Assembly (NCBI GenBank): GCA_020137815.1
Contig: CM035357.1
Location: 4,464,001-4,528,000 of the forward strand
DNA from: Hormiphora californensis
Taxonomy: Eukaryota; Animalia; Ctenophora
Direction: 5' to 3'
Length of the DNA: 64,000 nt
How positions within the stretch are numbered: position 1 is the first letter of the stretch; the number at the start of each line of letters is the position of its first letter. The position numbers and the translations under genes were made by a program. The notes beneath the pieces were generated by a model. That model did no database searches, was not told the origin of the DNA, and was given only the letters and a program-made list of their open reading frames with translations. Shown piece by piece: positions 60,743 to 64,000 of this stretch.

Positions 60743-62496
60743 CACGATATTCAAAATGTTGTTGTTGTTACCCTAGGTTGCTGTACTACAGCCAAAGTTC
60801 ACACCCTGTGACAATGTACAATGTGACTGATGGGAGAATGGAGGAGTTACAGACGGGTTATAAAATGTGGTCCACGACACTTGCAATCAGAGATAATGTA
60901 AGTTTTAGGTGAACATGTCTAGAAACTCTTTGATTGGATGGCCATTGGCCACCTTTGATTTATCAATTACTGGAGTCAATTATCAAGAGTCTAAAATGGA
61001 AAACTAGTGTTTTTAAAGTGAGAGTGGACAGAAAGCTATGATCCTGAGAGTAATGGAGGTTATAAGGGACGGCAACCTGAGTAGAATGCTGTTTTGGGCA
61101 TCTCCAACCGACCACAGCTGCCTGAGTTATATTTGGTACTTGCGCCCACGCGACGCAACGTAGGGCGCCAATAAATTTCACATTAACCTGCGCGGCGTCA
61201 AAAAGCCGCACAAAAATGCAAATTAGCTACAAAAAGTTCTAAAATTTTATTTTGAAATTTTTTTTTCGAGTTTTTAGCTGCGTCGCGTGGGCGCAAGTAC
61301 CGAATATAACTCAGGCAGCTGTGATCGGTTGGAGATGCCCAAAACAGCATTCTACTCAGGTTGCCGTCCCTTACAACCTCCATTACTATCAGGATCATAG
61401 CTTTCTGTCCACTCTCACTTTAACACTGTGAATTATACTGTAACTGTAAATTCCAAGTTCTACTGCGATTATGTAACTGTAAATTATACATTTGACACAC
61501 AATCTCGAGTTTATCATCATCACATTTTCAGATATTATACATGTATGACGGGCTATCTTTGGTTCGATTCAACCAGAAATCCCGAGAGGCTATCCTAGAA
61601 AGAGACGTGGGGTCATGGGGAAACATTCATCTTAGTCCTCTACTTGTTCTTTCTATCGCATCGGTAAGTGTAAAACTTTGTTGAGTACCGACCCCTTACT
61701 CAACAAGTCAAACACAGTGGTAAATCTAGTCCGAGATTGTTGATATCTTATTGGCTGGATCTATCACTGAGTCTGCTATTGGGTTATGGGTTATGATGAG
61801 CGGACAACTGCTTTGGTCAGTGTTAATTTCTCTAAAAAGTACTAAAATTCTGGATATATATTCATCAACAAAACCTCATTTAAACCTCAGATCAGAACCT
61901 CCGAGGAGTCTATTGTGGTTTCCCATATCAACACAACGATAGATATCCTTCCTGGACCTGTAGATACCGTTGCTATGGTTACCATGGATGCACAGCAACG
62001 GTGTGATTGGTGTGAGAATCGGTGTGATACTGGGTGTGATGTGTGTTATGGGGGATTGTGTGGTTGTGTCCTGGGACCAGGGAGAAAGAAGGAGGAGAGA
62101 CAATGTGCTAACGGTTAGTTTTGGACCCTTTTGTTTTCTTCAAATGAGAGATGGTGTCCCAATGCAACCTCTCATCCCCTCTGTGCAACCAAATGTGCAA
62201 CCAAATATAGTTTTCAAGATTACAAATAAGCTTTAGGAATACAACGCACTCAGTTTGACCATATTATTGCAGGGAACATCTGCAATATCCAGTATCAATA
62301 TCTAAGAAGTTCTCTTTTCAGACTCCACTGATTACCTAATCTACGGTGAAATGGGTGCTGTGACACTACTGCCTAGTTACCGTGGTAACCATGGTAACCA
62401 TGGTTACCCTTCAACTCTGGCCCAAGGGAATGGAAACTCTCACCTTCTGTCCACTAGATTGTTCAATAATACTGTCTTTTGGCTGGAAATAATAGA
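48406..62496 (+). CDS. Secreted or receptor protein with beta-propeller-EGF-like-propeller architecture (LRP/YWTD-like); exons 48406-48454, 49968-50101, 50447-50516, 54263-54416, 60777-60897, 61532-61663, 61891-62113, 62322-62496; continues beyond
   Basis: Eight GT-AG exons join without a stop: MFNMASTFLTLSLLFTGVSCVDYLV...GLEDVSGMVVTTDTVYLLE...PSRALVMDSQGLLYYSQ...STTLAIRDNILYMYD...CDWCENRCDTGCDVCYGGLCGCVLGPG...QCAN-DSTDYLIY. The family assignment is inferred from blade-like motifs. Confidence 0.75.
48456..48666. mobile_element. 211-bp near-perfect palindromic MITE starting at intron position +2
   Basis: TATAGAGGCTACAACAAAACG ... CGTTTTGTTGTAGCCTCTATA; centre near 48561. Confidence 0.85.
48815..48962. 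repeat. ~23-bp minisatellite taaattaaactacccccagcccc (x6)
   Basis: Seen directly; its upstream flank recurs at 49883-49950. Confidence 0.85.
50752..54312 (+). repeat. 70-bp tandem satellite (~51 copies); unit = 3' splice site plus the first ~50 nt of the downstream exon
   Basis: Unit cctttacttctctccctAG|GTCTAGAGGATGTTAGTGGGATGGTAGTCACTACTGATACAGTGTACCTCC. The last copy runs into the exon GLEDVSGMVVTTDTVYLLEDD. Confidence 0.95.
55077..55281. repeat. Two ~100-bp structured direct repeats
   Basis: gctaccaccgactctcggc...gccgag.tcgg...gtagcccaacagggaga.actac.ctaacc.gtagc occurs twice. Confidence 0.75.
56113..56155 (-). ncRNA. Mirror copy of the hammerhead ribozyme
   Basis: taggaaagtactttcgtagataaagtctacatcatcagtccta is the reverse complement of 60348-60390. 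Confidence 0.85.
56456..57839 (-). pseudogene. Inverted partial copy of the PLE ORF (from YPSIRKE to the stop)
   Basis: Protein matches the + copy except HTDALD versus HRDAMD. Confidence 0.9.
57840..60047 (+). CDS. Penelope-like RT + GIY-YIG endonuclease, open but 5'-truncated
   Basis: KADKG, LDVEALYPSI, GIPTG, RFIDD, FLDV, YRKPTD, Cys-rich linker CGGRGCKTC, VIYVAQCSIC...YVGQT...RINGH. Confidence 0.93.
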   Translation: MRFDAREFLRKLEWRTFFHQLGTEHTTEHQAHPDLRIPSRRSPEDFHNTVVEDVKRRLLTFVDSLAPRRPRCNLGYLELEGKKWIAQQIQNQIIFITKADKGGATLILDYPTALDSVRSNLANPNKFRESDLAVSDKMVQVGALVRSLVLEEEGVGHISQKDKTLITGLNKNNHLKTSPVLRPEIPFTYPLFKLHKLSEEQIRDRVTPPIRLVHATRNGPLYRLEKWVSPFLTELSQEYVGEEYILDTDDLLVQLQGIGIQTGTRSLFTLDVEALYPSIRKELALQALDHALMTHRRGSVIGLAVRRFVEVILEESFITFGDTVYTSVEGIPTGNCISRQLADIFLHWLLFVECQNLIPPEAYIWRRFIDDVFGIWRGTERQLTTFIARLNRATKSYGINFGDQQFGDSVNFLDVTVSLEEGNLEHKLYRKPTDARMYLRTESFHPRHVFKSVIFSQMLRVIKRNSRESTRVQDLEELRVDLLKSGHLERDLDNLQPKALERLQLEQELPPTQQNPTTQLIFATNYFEGVDDLRNFLRNLEEDIRAVAGDVKVVLALRKLKSIGNTVVRNRKLSESNMEVETQEEEGEFNQKCGGRGCKTCPLMSPSPCLSVNGKRLKLNPHLNCKSKNVIYVAQCSICTRAQGNRKEDTYVGQTMQPFHKRINGHRAKFSELEHQGSALAQHCWEKHRDAMDLNIFKLGLVKQVSAVGLDRAESKLIDNYRTKLFGLNRILVVR
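60348..60390 (+). ncRNA. Minimal type-I hammerhead ribozyme in the PLE 3' region
   Basis: Stem I TAGGA/TCCTA, core CTGATGA, stem II GTAGA-cttta-TCTAC, GAAA, short palindromic stem III AGTACT, predicted cleavage after CUU. Confidence 0.85.
61017..61419. mobile_element. TTAA-flanked foldback MITE (Kolobok-like termini)
   Basis: TTAA|AGTGAGAGTGGACAGAAAGC ... GCTTTCTGTCCACTCTCACT|TTAA; ~140-bp near-perfect arms. Confidence 0.85.
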
Positions 62497-62569
62497 GTAA
62501 GTTATTGCATGATGGCCCGTTATAGCGTGCCAATGTACCTGCATGTACACTGTACAGTGTACACACGTG

Positions 62570-63050
62570 TATTCGGGGCCTGGCAAGGCCCCCCGACCCG
62601 AATACAACCCAAACTCAACCCATCCCCCCTAAAACTAAAACAACGGGGCCGAGCCGACAGGACCTTAACACCAGATGAAAAAAAACCATTCGGGGCCTGG
62701 CAAGGCCCCCCGACCCGAATATAACCCAAACTCAACACATCCCCCCCCCCCTAAAACATCCCCCCTAAAATTAAAACAACGGGGCCGAGCCGACAGGCCC
62801 TTAATACCAGATGAAAAAAAACCATAACCATTCGGGGCCTGGTAAGGCCCCCCGACCCGAATATAACCCAAACTCAACCCATCCCCCCTAAAACTAAAAC
62901 AACGGGGCCGAGCCGACAGGCCCTTAATACCAGATGAAAAAAAAACATTCGGGGCCTGGCAAGGCCCCCCGACCCGAAGATAACCCAATCTCAACCCATC
63001 CCCCATAAGACAACGGGGCCAAGCCGACAGGCCCTCTGTAACAGATGCCA
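62570..63050. repeat. ~120-bp tandem repeat (x4) with GC hairpins, probably a transposon subterminal array
   Basis: attcGGGGCCtggcaaGGCCCCccgacccgaa...caacggggccgagccgacaggccc...ccagatgaaaaaaa. Confidence 0.75.
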
Positions 63051-63964
63051 AAAAACCATAAAACCATAAAAACCATAAAAACCATAGATATTTTTAGAGT
63101 GAAAGTTTTGAAGCCCCCTGAAGTAGTAGAGAGGTGTTCTATGGCTCGTTGGAAAGGTCTCGAGGTCCCGCGACGTATTGGGGGTGTGGCGATGGGTGTG
63201 CCCAAACCTATAAGGGGTAGGACGCGAAAAACAGTCAAAATAAGGGGTATACAGAACTCGGCAATTAGAAGGAGTAGAAAGGTGTTCTAGGGTGCGTTCG
63301 AAAGCTCTCGAGGTGCTGAAGTAATTGGAATGTAATTGAAAGTAATTACATGTAATTAAAATGTAATTACATGTAATTAAAGGGTAATTACATGCAATTA
63401 AAGGGTCTAAATGACCCCAAATGATAATTTAAACATATTTTGACATATTTGGAGGCCCTGAGACCAGCGGGTGGCCAAATTTAATCCGGTTTCGGGTCGG
63501 CTGACGTAAAAACTCCGCGTTTTGGTCGAGATAACGTCATACTACTAGTGAAACATTATTATTAGGCTCATCTTACATCTAGATAAACATGCTGACCAAG
63601 TTTGAGATCGATTGGACAAGATTTGCGGTCGCTATGGCGAAAAACGCACTATCGTCATATCTATTTTCATACAGTCTTAGAACTTCAGACCCTTGGAAAT
63701 TGAGTTTCACAAATTCGCAATATAGCTTCTGAAAGTTTAGACGATTATCTTTCATAAGTGTGGTCTCCATTTTTCAATCAGAAGCCGTCTTCAGGGTGTA
63801 AATTGAGCTCAAAGAAATTTGGTCGATTTGAAAAATGTCTTAACTTTATGACAGTTTTTAAGGACGTTCTGGTTGGACCTAGAACATGAAAACCGTCCAA
63901 TAACACAATTCAAACTATTATCTTTCGAATGCAACAAACGAGAAGTGTCTATCTCTTGTAGTTT

Positions 63965-63999
<35 letters not shown>

Positions 64000-64000
64000 G

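Overview
Eukaryotic (animal, most likely ctenophore) genomic DNA rich in GT-AG introns, microsatellites and transposon derivatives. Genes: the 3' part of a multi-exon HUWE1-type HECT E3 ligase (+, 1-15836); a complete six-exon TMEM147 (-, 17255-23059); a frameshifted rhodopsin-class GPCR (+, 27787-28907); a small secreted protein with a ctenophore-type domain plus a Sushi/CCP domain (-, ~43686-45625); and a secreted or receptor beta-propeller/EGF protein (+, 48406 to at least 62496). Mobile elements: many foldback MITEs with TA, TTAA or 8-bp TSDs; a 5'-truncated non-LTR retrotransposon with an 11-bp TSD; three tandem tRNA-derived SINE heads; and a young Penelope-like element with a 1.77-kb inverted duplication and minimal hammerhead ribozymes. 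Two observations stand out. (1) A 330-bp stem at 38604-39281, with no net indel, whose arm differences are almost all G.U wobbles on the + strand, so it folds on one strand only. (2) Intronic tandem repeats whose unit is an exon/intron junction, including about 51 copies of one 3' splice site and an intron that looks created by AG|GT duplication. All exon models and pairings were read by eye; no searches or folding programs were run.
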